Assembly (NCBI GenBank): GCA_963818355.1
Contig: CAWFSB010000040.1
Location: forward strand, 86,649 to 150,648
From: an uncultured Acidobacteriota bacterium
GTDB lineage: Bacteria > Acidobacteriota > Vicinamibacteria > Fen-336
Length of the DNA stretch: 64,000 bases
Direction of reading: 5' to 3'
Part shown: positions 10,411 to 20,837 of the stretch, piece by piece
Layout of the letters: each line of letters begins with the position of its first letter
Position numbering within the stretch: position 1 is the stretch's first letter
Program-made: the position numbers and the translations under genes
The notes under the pieces: model-generated
Databases searched by the model: none
Seen by the model: the letters and a program-made list of their open reading frames with translations, nothing else
What the model was told of the DNA's origin: nothing

Positions 10411-11202
10411 GTGACGATGGCCTTTCCAGCCCTCTTCGTTTCGCACGGCGCGCCGAGCGCCGCCCTCGAGGACGACGCCTACACGCGAGCGCTCGGCGCG
10501 TGGGCCCGGGGGCGCCCCCGACCGCGGGCCGTCGTCGTCGTCTCCGCCCACGCGGAGGCCCGCGGCCCGGTGCGGGTGAACGTGGCGGCCCACCCCCCGC
10601 TCATCTACGACTTCTACGGCTTCCCGCAGGCACTCTACGACCTGCGCTATCCCGCGCCCGGCTCGCCCGACCTCGCCCGCGAGGTCGCGGGAGCTCTCGC
10701 CGGCGCCGGCCTCGATCCCGTCCTCGACGCGCAGCGGGGCTGGGACCACGGCGTCTGGGTCCCGCTGCGCCTGCTCTTCCCCGCGGCGGACGTGCCGGTC
10801 GTCGCGGTCTCCCTGCCGGCGCCCCGCACGCCGGCGCTGCTCCTGGCCATGGGGGCGGCGCTTCGGCCCCTGCGCGACGAGGGCGTGCTGCTCTTCGGCA
10901 GCGGGGGCATCGTCCACAACCTGCACCGCCTGCGCGGGGACGACGGCGAGACGCCGGAGCCCTGGGCCGCCGCCTTCGGCGCCTGGGTGGACGAGCGGCT
11001 CCTGGCGCTCGACCGGGAGGGCCTGAGCGCCTACGCGTCGCGAGCCCCGCACGCGGAGCTCGCCGTGCCCACCAGCGAGCACTTCGACCCCCTGTTCTTC
11101 GTCCTGGGCGCGCTCGACGGCCGGGACCGGGTGGAGAGCGTCTACGAGGGCTTCCGCTACGGGACCCTGTCGCTGCGCTCCTTCGCCCTGGCGGCCCCGT
11201 GA
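10411..11202 (+). CDS. LigB-family extradiol ring-cleavage dioxygenase (YgiD / 4,5-DOPA dioxygenase-like)
   Basis: ORF 10411..11202, with the motifs PALFVSHGAP, VVVSAHAE, IYDFYGFP, RGWDHGVWVPL, SGGIVHNL and TSEHFDPLFF. Confidence 0.8.
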   Translation: MTMAFPALFVSHGAPSAALEDDAYTRALGAWARGRPRPRAVVVVSAHAEARGPVRVNVAAHPPLIYDFYGFPQALYDLRYPAPGSPDLAREVAGALAGAGLDPVLDAQRGWDHGVWVPLRLLFPAADVPVVAVSLPAPRTPALLLAMGAALRPLRDEGVLLFGSGGIVHNLHRLRGDDGETPEPWAAAFGAWVDERLLALDREGLSAYASRAPHAELAVPTSEHFDPLFFVLGALDGRDRVESVYEGFRYGTLSLRSFALAAP

Positions 11203-11550
11203 CGCGCAAGGCCGCCGGGCGCGATCCGTGGCGTCCCGTCCTGCTCTCGGGCCTCGTCTTCCCCGGCCTCGGCCAGTGGACGAGCGGCCACCCCTGGCGC
11301 GCGCTCGGCTTTCGGCGGCTCGAGCGTCGCGCTGCTCGTGGCGGTGGCGCGGCGCGTGATGCAGGAGACGCAGCGGCTCATGCCCGAGGACCCCGCCCTG
11401 ATCCTCGACCCGGCCCTCCCCTTCCGCCTCGCCGCCCAGATCCACCGCGACAACGCGTCGTTCTTCTTCTGGGCGACGCTGTGGATCGTGGCGATCTGGC
11501 TGGCCTCGATGGCCGACGCCTGGATCGGCGGCCGCGCGACGCGAGCCTGA
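11199..11550 (+). CDS. small membrane protein (frame break near 11305)
   Basis: GTG 11199 overlaps the upstream stop (GTGA). It reads VLLSGLVFPGLGQW..., then shifts into ORF 11338..11550 (FFFWATLWIVAIWLASMADAWIG). Confidence 0.4.
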
Positions 11551-11562
11551 CGCGCGCGGCGC

Positions 11563-12360
11563 TCAGCGCTGGCGGGAAGGGACGAAAGCCGTCGTGCGGC
11601 CGCCGATCGTGAGGTGAACGATCCGCTCGCCGCGAGCGGTCCGCGCGCCCTCCTCTCGCCCCCAGCGGTCGTGGAAGAGCCAGGTGCGCGGGAAGCGGCG
11701 GTCGTCCGCCCCGACCGCCACCGCGCGCCGCACGATGGCGTGCAGCCGCGCCCGCAGGCGGGCCACCTCGGGAGGCGCGAGCGAGGACGCAGGCCGGCGG
11801 GGGTCGATCGCGGCCTGGTAGAGGGCCTCGTCGGCGATCCAGTTGCCGACCCCGGCGAAGAGCGACTGGTCGAGCAGCACCGACTTCACCGGCCCGCCGC
11901 GCACGTGCAGCCGCCGGGCGATCTCGCGCGCGGGCGGCAGCCCTTCGAGCGGGTCGAAGCCGAGGCTCGCGAGCGGGTGCTCGTCCTCGGGCCGCTCCTG
12001 GAGGCGGATGCGGCCGAAGCGGCGCGGGTCGGGCATCGCGAGGCGCGTGCCGTCCTCCATGACCATCTCGACCCTCCAGAAGCGCGGCCGCGGGACGCCG
12101 TCTCGGTAGATCGCGAAGGAGCCGGTCATGCCGAAGTGGAAGAGCGGCCACGGCCGGCGGTCGAGCTCCATCCAGATGTGCTTGCCCTTCCGGCGAACCG
12201 CCAGGACGCGCCGGCCGCGCAGCGCGGCGGCGAAGCGCGCCGGGCTCACGCCCTGGTAGACGATCGGGTCGGGGGCGGCGGCCACGGCGACGATGCGCCG
12301 GCCGCGCAGGGCGCGCTCGGCGTTACGCCTCGCGGTCTCGACCTCGGGCAGCTCGGGCAC
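11563..12360 (-). CDS. mutM: formamidopyrimidine-DNA glycosylase (Fpg/MutM family), zincless C-terminus
   Basis: C-terminal 265 aa of ORF 11563..13335, starting at GTG 12360: (M)PELPEVETARR. It has the H2TH LLDQSLFAGVGNWIADEALY. The C-terminus ...GARTARGERIVHLTIGGRTTAFVPSRQR has no Cys where the CxxC...CxxC finger normally lies. Confidence 0.85.
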   Translation of the reverse strand: MPELPEVETARRNAERALRGRRIVAVAAAPDPIVYQGVSPARFAAALRGRRVLAVRRKGKHIWMELDRRPWPLFHFGMTGSFAIYRDGVPRPRFWRVEMVMEDGTRLAMPDPRRFGRIRLQERPEDEHPLASLGFDPLEGLPPAREIARRLHVRGGPVKSVLLDQSLFAGVGNWIADEALYQAAIDPRRPASSLAPPEVARLRARLHAIVRRAVAVGADDRRFPRTWLFHDRWGREEGARTARGERIVHLTIGGRTTAFVPSRQR

Positions 12361-12441
12361 TCCCGTCCAGCCTACCAGAGGCGCCTTGCGCGCGCGGCGC
12401 CGCGGCGTATAGTAGGGGCACACTCGGGGAGGCTCGACGCT

Positions 12442-13020
12442 ATGGCCCTGCCGCGGTTCTGTTCCCAGTGCGCCGCGCCGCTGCCGTCCCCGCCGCCCGT
12501 CACCTGCCGCTCCTGCGACACCAGCCACTGGCTCGACGCGAAGCCGTGCGCGGGCGCGCTCGTCGCCCGGGGCGGAAAGCTGATGCTGGTGCGCCGTGCG
12601 CACGAGCCGTGGCGCGGGGCGTGGGACGTGCCGGGCGGCTTCTGCGGGCCGCGGGAGCACCCGGCCGAGGCCGCCGAGCGCGAGGTGCGCGAGGAGACCG
12701 GCCTGACCGTCCGGGTCGGGGGCGTCCTCGGGATGTGGATCGACACCTACGCCCCCGAGGGCGCCGACGCCGACAAGGTGACCCTCAACATCTACTTCCA
12801 CGCGACGGCCCGGGCCGGCGCCCAGCCGAGGATCGACCCGAACGAGGTGGCGGAGATCGGCTGGTTCGCGGCCGACGAGCTGCCGTCGCACCTGGCCTTC
12901 CCGGGCCACGTCCCCGCCGTGCTGCAAGCGTGGAGCGAGAGCCTCGAGCCGGCGCCTCGAGCGGCCGCCCCGGCGGTGGTGCGCCCCACGAGCTCCCGCA
13001 AGCCCGAGCCGAGCGTCTGA
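12442..13020 (+). CDS. NUDIX hydrolase with N-terminal C4 zinc ribbon
   Basis: ATG 12442 lies within ORF 11614..13020. It has CSQCAAPL..CRSCD and the Nudix box GGFCGPREHPAEAAEREVREETGL. Confidence 0.8.
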   Translation: MALPRFCSQCAAPLPSPPPVTCRSCDTSHWLDAKPCAGALVARGGKLMLVRRAHEPWRGAWDVPGGFCGPREHPAEAAEREVREETGLTVRVGGVLGMWIDTYAPEGADADKVTLNIYFHATARAGAQPRIDPNEVAEIGWFAADELPSHLAFPGHVPAVLQAWSESLEPAPRAAAPAVVRPTSSRKPEPSV

Positions 13021-13111
13021 AAGGGGGACTTCCCCTCGCGGACGGGTTGCGCTAGCATCTCCCCCGCGCAGCTTGCTGCGTATGGAGCGTCCTCCCAGGA
13101 CGAGGTCCGAG

Positions 13112-13495
13112 ATGGTCACAGTCTGTGCCTGGTGCCAGCAGTACATGGGCTCCAAGGAGCCCCTCCACAACCCTGCCGTGAGCCACGGCATCTGCAACGA
13201 CTGCGTCGAGCGGGGCCCTCTCGACGACGCGCCGGTGCTGGTGGTCAGCCGCGACCGCGTCGAGGCCATCCCCGTGCTGCAGACGCTGCTGCGCGGAGCG
13301 CCCGAGATCGCGATCGTGGTGGATCGCCGGGCCAACGAACGGCGTGAGCGGCCGCCCCGTGGCGTACGTCGCCGATCGTCGGGCCACGGACCGGCGGCGG
13401 GCGCCGTCTTTCTACCTGGTCTGACGCGCGGGCCTCAGCTCGCGGCGTCGCTCCCGAAGACGCGCTCGAAGACCGCGTCCACGTGGGTGAGGTAG
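13112..13495 (+). CDS. small Cys-motif protein (CAWC...SHGICNDC) with Arg-rich tail
   Basis: ORF 13073..13495. The likely start is ATG 13112 (MVTVCAWCQQYMG...VSHGICNDC). An alternative reading after ~13370 gives ...ADRRATDRRRAPSFYLV* ending at 13425, which would avoid overlap with purB. Confidence 0.45.
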   Translation: MVTVCAWCQQYMGSKEPLHNPAVSHGICNDCVERGPLDDAPVLVVSRDRVEAIPVLQTLLRGAPEIAIVVDRRANERRERPPRGVRRRSSGHGPAAGAVFLPGLTRGPQLAASLPKTRSKTASTWVR

Positions 13496-14743
13496 CGCTC
13501 GAGGCGGAACACCTCCTCGATCGCGGCCTCGCTCAGGACCGTGCGGATCTCGGGGTCGGCCAGCACGCGCTTCCGGAAGTCCCCCTCGCTCTTCCAGGCC
13601 TCCATCGCGTGCGCCTGGACCACCCGGTAGGCGTCCTCCCTCCTCATCCCCTTCGCGGTCAGCTCCAGAAGCAGCTGGCCGGAGAAGACGAGCCCCTGGC
13701 CGAGGTCGAGGTTCCGCCGCATGCGGGTCTCGTCGACGCTCATGCCCTTCACGATGCGGGTGAAGCGCGCCAGCATGTGGTCGAGGGCGAGGAAGCTGTC
13801 GGGCACGATCACGCGCTCGACCGACGAGTGCGAGATGTCGCGCTCGTGCCACAGCGCGACGTTCTCGAGCGAGGCGAGGGCGTTCGTGCGCACGAGGCGG
13901 GCGAGGCCGGCCACCTGCTCGCAGCCCACGGGGTTCCTCTTGTGGGGCATGGCCGAGGAGCCCTTCTGGCCCGAGCCGAACGGCTCCTCCACCTCGCGGA
14001 CCTCCGTCTTCTGGAGGGCCCGGATCTCGGTCGCGAACTTCTCGAGGCTGGCGGCGATCGAGGGCGAGGGTGGTCATCACCTCGGCGTGCCGGTCGCGCT
14101 GGAGGACCTGCGACGAGACGGGCGCGGGCAGCACCCCGAGCCGTGCGCACACCGCCTCCTCGACCTCCGGGGGCAGGTGCGAGAAGGTGCCCACCGCGCC
14201 CGACAGCTTGCCGAACGCGATGTTGGCCCGCGCCCGGTCGAGCCGCGCCAGCTGCCGCTGCAGCTCCGCGTGCCACAGCGCCATCTTCAGCCCGAAGGTC
14301 ATGGGCTCGGCGTGGACGCCGTGAGTGCGGCCGATCATCGGCGCGTGCTTGTGGCGCAGGGCCCGCGCCTGCACTGCCTCCATGAGGTCGAGGAGGTCGG
14401 CGCGGACGAGGTCGCAGGCGTCGCGCATCAGGATGGCGAGAGCGGTGTCCACCACGTCCGAGGAGGTGAGCCCGTAGTGCAGCCAGCGCCCCTCGGGCCC
14501 CACGCTCTCCGCCACGCAGGACACGAAGGCGATCACGTCGTGCTGGACCTCCTTCTCGATCTCCTCGATGCGCGCGACGTCGAAGCGGGCCTTCTCCTTG
14601 ATCGCGGCGAGGGCCTCCTTCGGCACGACGCCGCGCCCGACGAGGACCTCGGTGGCGGCGATCTCCACCTCCAGCCAGGTCGCGAAGCGGTTCTCGTCGG
14701 ACCACAGGCGGGCCATCTCGGGACGCGAGTAGCGAGGGATCAT
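13435..14743 (-). CDS. purB: adenylosuccinate lyase (frame break at about 14059)
   Basis: The N-terminus is in ORF 13412..14743 ([37 protein letters not shown]). The C-terminus is in ORF 13435..13992 ([16 protein letters not shown]). Removing one base from CTCGATCGCC restores ..[31 protein letters not shown]... Confidence 0.9.
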
Positions 14744-14800
14744 GGGCTTTCCTTCCCGCGGACGACGGGCAGACTACCACGCCCCGCTACGGACCCCGAG

Positions 14801-16566
14801 CTACGCCTCGAAGCGGATCGGCAGGTACTCCGGGAACCACATGGCCCGCTCGACCGTCTTCTCGAGGTGGTCGAGGATCTCCGGGTCCGCGTGGCCTTCC
14901 GCCACGGCCCGGCGGATCGTCGCGCAGGCCACCGCGAACGAGCAGTCCCGGATCCGCGCGAGCTCCGGGTAGACGGCGGTCTCGGCGAGGTCTTCGGGCT
15001 TCACCATGGCGGCGAGCGCCTTGGCGGCCTCGAGGAACATGCCGTTCGTCACGCGCCGCGCGCCGCTGACCGTCAGCCCCAGCCCCACGCCGGGGAAGAC
15101 GAAGGAGTTGTTGCACTGCCCGATGCGGTGCCGCTTGCCGTCCACGGTCACGGGATCGAACGGGCTGCCGGTCGCCACGATGGCCCTCCCCTCCGACCAG
15201 CGCAGGGCGTCCTCCGGCGTGACCTCGGTCTTCGATGTCGGGTTCGAGAGCGGGAGGATGATGGGCCGGGCGTTGATGCGGGCCATGGCCCGGACCACCG
15301 GCTCGTCGAAGACGCCCGGAGTCGCCGAGGTCCCGATGAGCATGGTCGGCTTCGCGTTCTCGATGGTCTCGAGCAGCGTGACGTGCGAGCGGTCCTTGCA
15401 GTCGTAGCCGGCCACCTCCTCCGCGGGACGCGCGTAGGTGGCCTTGTACTTCTCGAGGTTCGGCCGGTTCCAGGAGACGAGCCCGTGGCTGTCGGCCGTC
15501 CAGATGCGGCGGTTCGCCTCCTCCAGGCTGAGCCCGTCCTCCATGAACGCCGCCACCAGCAGCTCCGAGATGCCCTGGGCCGAGGCGCCCGCGCCCGCGA
15601 ACACCACCCGCTGGTCCCGCATCCGCTGGCCGGTGATGCGCAAGGCGCCGTACACCCCGGCGAGGACGACCGCCGCCGTGCCCTGGATGTCGTCGTTGAA
15701 GGTGCAGAGCTGGTCGCGGAAGCGGGCGAGCTGGAAGAGCGCGTTCTCCTTGAGGAAGTCCTCCCACTGCAGCACCACGCGCGGGAAGACCTTCTGCACG
15801 GCGGCCACGAAGGCGTCGATGAACTCCTGGTACTCCGCCCCGCGCACGCGCGGGTGGCGCATGCCGAGGTAGAGGGGGTCGTTCAGCCGCTCCTGGTTGT
15901 TCGTCCCCACGTCGAGCGTGATCGGGAGCGTGCTGTAGGGCGAGATGCCCGCGCACAGGGTGTAGAGGCAGAGCTTGCCGATCGGGATGCCCATCCCGCC
16001 CGCGCCCTGGTCGCCCAGCCCCAGGATCCGCTCGCCGTCGGTCACCACGATCACCGAGGGGTGCGGGATCCCGGCGTTGAGCGAGGATCGTCCTCGATGC
16101 GGTCCCGGTCCTCGTAGGCGATGTAGAGGCCGCGGCCACGCCGGTAGATGTGGTGGTACTTCTGGCACGCCTCGCCGACGACCGGCGTGTAGACGATCGG
16201 CATCATCTCGTCGATGTGCTCGAGGGCCAGGCGGTAGAAGAGCGTCTCGTTGCGGTCCTGCAGGCTGGTCAGGTAGATGAACTTCTCGAGGCTGCTCGTC
16301 TTCGCCTTGAAGTTCTCGTAGGTCCGGTCCATCTGCTGGCGGATCGTGCAGACGGCCGGCGGCACCAGGCCGCCGAGATCGAGCTCGTCTCGCTCGCGCC
16401 GCGTGAAGGCGGTGCCCTTGTTCGTGTGCGGGTTCAGCAGCAGCGCCCGGCCCCGCTCGGACACGGCCATGTAGGGCTGGCCGGTCGACGAGTCGATCTT
16501 GATGCTGAAGCTCATCGTGGCGGGCGTGACCCGGGAAGAGGTCGGCTCGGCGATTCCTGCGCTCAT
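14801..16566 (-). CDS. NAD(P)-dependent malic enzyme, paralog 1 (frame break near 16080)
   Basis: The N-terminus is ORF 16051..16566 (NKGTAFT..LQDRNETLFY..IVYTPVVGEAC). The rest is the C-terminal 425 aa of ORF 14801..16846 (VVTDGERILGLGDQGAGGMGIPIGK..FNDDIQGTAAV..LSNPTS). Confidence 0.85.
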
Positions 16567-16860
16567 GGATCACTCCTCCTGCCGGGCGCTCGGCAGAGAG
16601 CGCCCAGGCCCACCGTCCCTGCGTGCAATCCTCGCGCCGCCGGCGCCCAGCCGAAGTCGAGCGGACGGGACCGGCACTAGCGAAGGCGCAGCAAGAGTTT
16701 GCGGGGGCACTCTCCGAGCCGGGAGCGCGCCGCCGATCGCCCCCAGACCGCAGGATGTTCGCCGGCAGCGGGCGCGGCTGAAGAAGCTGCGGCGCGCCAC
16801 GAGCGTCACCGGGCGTAGTAAGCTTGCCCGGTTTGGCCGTCGGCAAGGAGGAGCACCTGT

Positions 16861-18552
16861 ATGGAGGCGTACCGCAGGAAGCGTGGCGCGGACGGGCGGG
16901 AGCGCGTGGAGGTGCGCCTGCGCGGGCCGCAGCTGCTCAACCACCCCATGTACAACCGGGCGACCGCCTTCACCCGCGACGAGCGGCGTGAGCTCGGGCT
17001 CGAGGGGTTGCTGCCCGACGTCGCGAGCACGATGGAGCAGCAGGCCCGGCGCGCCTACGGCAACATCGTCCGCAAGGCCGAGCCGCTCGAGCGCTTCATC
17101 GGCCTCGCCGCGCTCCAGGACCGCAACGAGCACCTCTTCTACAAGGTGCTCGGCGACCACCTCGAGGAGTTCCTCCCCATCGTCTACACGCCCACCGTGG
17201 GCCAGGCCTGCCAGCAGTACAGCCGGATCTTCCGCCGTGCGCGCGGCCTGTGGATCACCCCCGAGCACAAGGGGCGCATGACCGAGGTGCTGGCCAACGC
17301 CCCCTTCGAGGACGTGCGGCTCATCGTGGTCACCGACAACGAGCGCATCCTCGGCCTCGGCGACCAGGGGGCGGGAGGCATGGGCATCCCGGTCGGCAAG
17401 CTCGCGCTCTACGTGGCCGCGGCGGGAATCCACCCCGCGCAGACGCTCCCCGTCAGCCTCGACGTGGGCACCGACAACCAGGAGCTGCTGGGCGACGACC
17501 TCTACATCGGCTGGCGCCAGCCCCGGCTGCGGGGCGAGGCCTACGACGCGGTGGTGGACGAGTTCGTGCGGGCGGTGAAGCAGCGCTTCCCCAAGGCCCT
17601 CCTGCAGTGGGAGGACTTCAAGCAGTGGAACGCGTTCCGCCTGCTCGAGCGCTACCGCAAGGAGCTGCCGTCCTTCAACGACGACATCCAGGGCACGGCC
17701 GCGGTGGCGGTGGCGGGGATCTTCGCCGCCTCCCGCGCCGCCGGACGCAAGCTCACCGACGAGCGCCTGGTGATCGCGGGCGCCGGCGCCGCGGGGATCG
17801 GGATCGCCCGGCTCTTCCAGAGCGCGCTGCGCCGCGAGGGCGTGACCGGCGAGGCGCTGCGGCCCACCGTGGCCATGCTCGACTCGAAGGGCCTCGTGGT
17901 GGACGCGCAGGACGAGTACCGCCGCGACCTCGCGTGGACGGGCGAGATGGCCTCCGCGCACGGCCTGCGGGCCGGCTCGTCGCTCCTCGACGTGGTGAAG
18001 GCGGCGAAGCCGACCGTGCTCATCGGCGTCTCCGGCGTGCCCGGCCTCTTCGGCGAGGAGATCGTGCGCACCATGGCCGCCCAGGTCGAGCGCCCCGCGG
18101 TCTTCCCGCTCTCGAACCCGACCAGCTCGTCCGAGGCCCGGCCGGCCGACGTCATGGCCTGGACGGGCGGGCGGGCGCTCATGGCCACCGGCAGCCCGTT
18201 CGAGCCGGTCGACGTGGACGGCCGGAAGGTCCGCATCGGCCAGGGCAACAACGCCTTCGTCTTCCCCGGCGTGGGCCTGGGCGTCCTGGTGTCGGAGGCG
18301 CGCGAGGTGACGGACGGCATGTTCGCCGCGGCGGCCGACGCCCTGGCCGCGCAGCTGCCCGAGGAGGACCTGCGGGCCGGGAGCCTCTTCCCGCGGGTCG
18401 CGGGGCTGCGCGCCATCACCGCGCGGGTGGCCGAGGCGGTGGTGCGGCAGGCCGAGAGCGAGGGCGTCGCCCGCAGCGTGCCCGAAGACCCGGCCGCGGC
18501 CGTCGCCGCGGCCATGTGGGACCCGGCGTACCCGGCGATAGACGTGGCGTAG
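16861..18552 (+). CDS. NAD(P)-dependent malic enzyme, paralog 2
   Basis: ORF 16861..18552 is intact, with the motifs NRATAFT, LQDRNEHLFY, VVTDNERILGLGDQGAGGMGIPVGK, FNDDIQGTAAV and LSNPTS. Confidence 0.9.
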   Translation: MEAYRRKRGADGRERVEVRLRGPQLLNHPMYNRATAFTRDERRELGLEGLLPDVASTMEQQARRAYGNIVRKAEPLERFIGLAALQDRNEHLFYKVLGDHLEEFLPIVYTPTVGQACQQYSRIFRRARGLWITPEHKGRMTEVLANAPFEDVRLIVVTDNERILGLGDQGAGGMGIPVGKLALYVAAAGIHPAQTLPVSLDVGTDNQELLGDDLYIGWRQPRLRGEAYDAVVDEFVRAVKQRFPKALLQWEDFKQWNAFRLLERYRKELPSFNDDIQGTAAVAVAGIFAASRAAGRKLTDERLVIAGAGAAGIGIARLFQSALRREGVTGEALRPTVAMLDSKGLVVDAQDEYRRDLAWTGEMASAHGLRAGSSLLDVVKAAKPTVLIGVSGVPGLFGEEIVRTMAAQVERPAVFPLSNPTSSSEARPADVMAWTGGRALMATGSPFEPVDVDGRKVRIGQGNNAFVFPGVGLGVLVSEAREVTDGMFAAAADALAAQLPEEDLRAGSLFPRVAGLRAITARVAEAVVRQAESEGVARSVPEDPAAAVAAAMWDPAYPAIDVA

Positions 18553-18573
18553 CGCTCCCGGCGCTCCCGGGGT

Positions 18574-18598
18574 CCAGGGGGGCGGGATGCCCCCCTGG
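18574..18598 (+). terminator. GC-rich hairpin after malic enzyme 2
   Basis: CCAGGGGGGC-GGGAT-GCCCCCCTGG is a perfect 10-bp stem, followed by TT, about 20 nt after the stop. Confidence 0.5.
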
Positions 18599-18833
18599 TT
18601 GGAGGGCCGGTCCGTCGGCTCGTTTCGCAGGCCCTGTCGCAAAGCCCTGCGGAGAGTCTCGCAGTCCAGCGCCCAGTGACGGCCCCACGCCACGGCCGAG
18701 GCCATCGGATCCGCGGCGGGTCACGCGCGCCCCCTCCCCCGGGACAACGTCCGACACGAGCCGATGAGTCCCGGGAGAGGGGGCTCTCCGCGTGAGCCCG
18801 CCGCTACCCGTGGCTCTCGGCGGTGCTTGGGCT

Positions 18834-20837
18834 TCAGGCCTTCGGCGCAGCCGGAAGGTGAATTCGCACGCTCGTGCCCTTGCCGGGGGCGCTCTCGGCG
18901 CGGATCGTGCCGCCGTGCTCCTCGACGATCTGCCGCGCGATGGCGAGGCCGAGGCCCGTGCCCTTCACCTTCGTCGTGTAGTGCGGCTCGAAGATCCGCT
19001 CGACGTCCTCGACTCCGGGGCCGGCGTCGTCCACACGGATCGCCACTCCCCCGTCCTCGCGCGCCGTGCGCAGCCGCAGCTCTCCGCCCTTCTCCGCCAT
19101 CGCTTCGAGCGCGTTGTTGATCACGTTGAGCAGCACGCGCTTCACCTGGTCGGCGTCGACCTCGACCTCGGGCACGCCGGGGTCGAGCTCCACCCGCACC
19201 TGGAGCCGGTCGAGCGGCGCCTGGGTGTACGGCGAGAGCGCGTCGAGCACCAGCGCGTTGGGGTCGATCCGCTCCGGTCGCATCGGGGGCAGCCGTGAGA
19301 AGCGGGAGAACTCGCCGATCAGCTCCTTCAGGTCGCGCACCGCCCCCAGGATCATGTCGATCGCGGAGGGGAAGAGGTCCGCGAAGCGGTCCTTGTCCCG
19401 GGACCAGGCCGTCTTCAGCGTCTCCGCCGCCAGCCCCACCGGCGTGAGCGGGTTCTTGACCTCGTGGATGACCCGCTCGACCGCCTCCTTCCAGGCTTCG
19501 AGCCGCTGCGTGGCCAGGACCTGCGTGAGGTCCTCGATCACGACCACGGTGCCGCTGGGCCGGTGGCCCTCCCCGCGCAGCGCCGAGGCCACGACGGCGA
19601 GCGTGCGGCGGCCCTGCGGCAGCTCGCACACGATCTGCGCCTCGTGCCAATCCTCGCCCCCGTCGCGCACGACCGCGACCGTCTCGACCAGCCGCGAGGT
19701 CGTCAGGTCACCCAGCGCCTCCTCCAGCGTGCGGCCCCGTGCCCCTTCCGGGGCGAGGCCCAGGATCTCGCTCGCCCTCTCGTTGAAGGTCTCGATCCGG
19801 CCTTCCTCGTCGAGCGAGAGGACGCCGGTGCCGACGTTGGCGATGACGGTGGCCAGATGGTTCTTGAGGGCGAGGAGGCTCGCCTGCGAGTCGCGCAGCT
19901 CCCCGGTGCGGGCCTGCACCATGCCCTCCAGGTTGCGGCTGTAGCCCTCGACCTCGAGGCGGCTCGCCCCGAGCTCGCTCACCATGCGGTTGAACGACTC
20001 CGCCATGCTGCCCACCTCGTCGCGCGAGTGGACGGGAAGCCGGACCTGGAGGTCGCCCGTGGCCGCCCGGGCCATCGCGTCGTGGACCCGCCGCACCGGG
20101 ACGAGCACCATTCGCGAGAGCAGCAGGTTGAGGAGCAGGAGCACGAGCACGAAGGAGAGCGCGACGCCCCCGTAGACGAGCCGGCGGGTCACCGCCTCGC
20201 TCCGGTCGAGGGGCGCCAGGCTCTTCATCAGGTGGAGCCGCCCGTACGCCTCGCCCGCCGCGGAGAGCGTCGCCACGAGGGCCAGGACCCGCTGGCCGCC
20301 GAAGCTCGCCTCGCGGAACTCGTCCTGCCCGGGCGCGGGCCCGCCGCCCGCCGGCAGCGCCTCCTCGCGCTTGACGCTGCGCCCGGCGAGGAGAGGCCTC
20401 CCGCCCGGGCCCACCAGGTCGGCCTCGCCGTCCCGGTCCACGAGCAGGACGACCTCGGGCTGCCCGAGGAAGGGCTCCGCGTCGGGCCCCAGCAGCCTCC
20501 GGATGACGGCGACGTCGGCGGTCGTTCCCAGGTCGAGGTCTCCCGCCTCGATCCGGGCCCACAGGATCCCCTCCTGCCCCGCCAGATCGGCGAGGTGCAG
20601 CGCCAGCGACTCGCGGTTTCTCTGGAGCTGGTCGTAGATGAACTCGCGCTCGTGGTTGCGACGCAGGGTCGAGAGCAGCCGCTTGTCCTGCTCGAGCAGC
20701 CGCTGGCGCTGGGCGGCGAGGACCGGGGCGAGCACGAGGAGGAGGGCGACGAGGCTGAACAGGAACACGACCGCGAGGGTGAGCGTCACCTTGCGGCGAA
20801 GGCTCAGGTCGCGCAGCGACCGCAGGAGGGCCTTCAC
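18834..20837 (-). CDS. NtrY-like sensor histidine kinase (TM-periplasmic-TM-HAMP-PAS-HisKA-HATPase)
   Basis: C-terminal 667 aa of ORF 18834..22085, starting at GTG 20837, which overlaps the upstream stop (GTGA). It has the HAMP SRDEVGSMAESFNRM, a PAS domain, the H-box VIHEVKNPLTPV, and the ATPase motifs NVINNALEAM and GTGLGLAIARQIV. Confidence 0.85.
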   Translation of the reverse strand: MKALLRSLRDLSLRRKVTLTLAVVFLFSLVALLLVLAPVLAAQRQRLLEQDKRLLSTLRRNHEREFIYDQLQRNRESLALHLADLAGQEGILWARIEAGDLDLGTTADVAVIRRLLGPDAEPFLGQPEVVLLVDRDGEADLVGPGGRPLLAGRSVKREEALPAGGGPAPGQDEFREASFGGQRVLALVATLSAAGEAYGRLHLMKSLAPLDRSEAVTRRLVYGGVALSFVLVLLLLNLLLSRMVLVPVRRVHDAMARAATGDLQVRLPVHSRDEVGSMAESFNRMVSELGASRLEVEGYSRNLEGMVQARTGELRDSQASLLALKNHLATVIANVGTGVLSLDEEGRIETFNERASEILGLAPEGARGRTLEEALGDLTTSRLVETVAVVRDGGEDWHEAQIVCELPQGRRTLAVVASALRGEGHRPSGTVVVIEDLTQVLATQRLEAWKEAVERVIHEVKNPLTPVGLAAETLKTAWSRDKDRFADLFPSAIDMILGAVRDLKELIGEFSRFSRLPPMRPERIDPNALVLDALSPYTQAPLDRLQVRVELDPGVPEVEVDADQVKRVLLNVINNALEAMAEKGGELRLRTAREDGGVAIRVDDAGPGVEDVERIFEPHYTTKVKGTGLGLAIARQIVEEHGGTIRAESAPGKGTSVRIHLPAAPKA

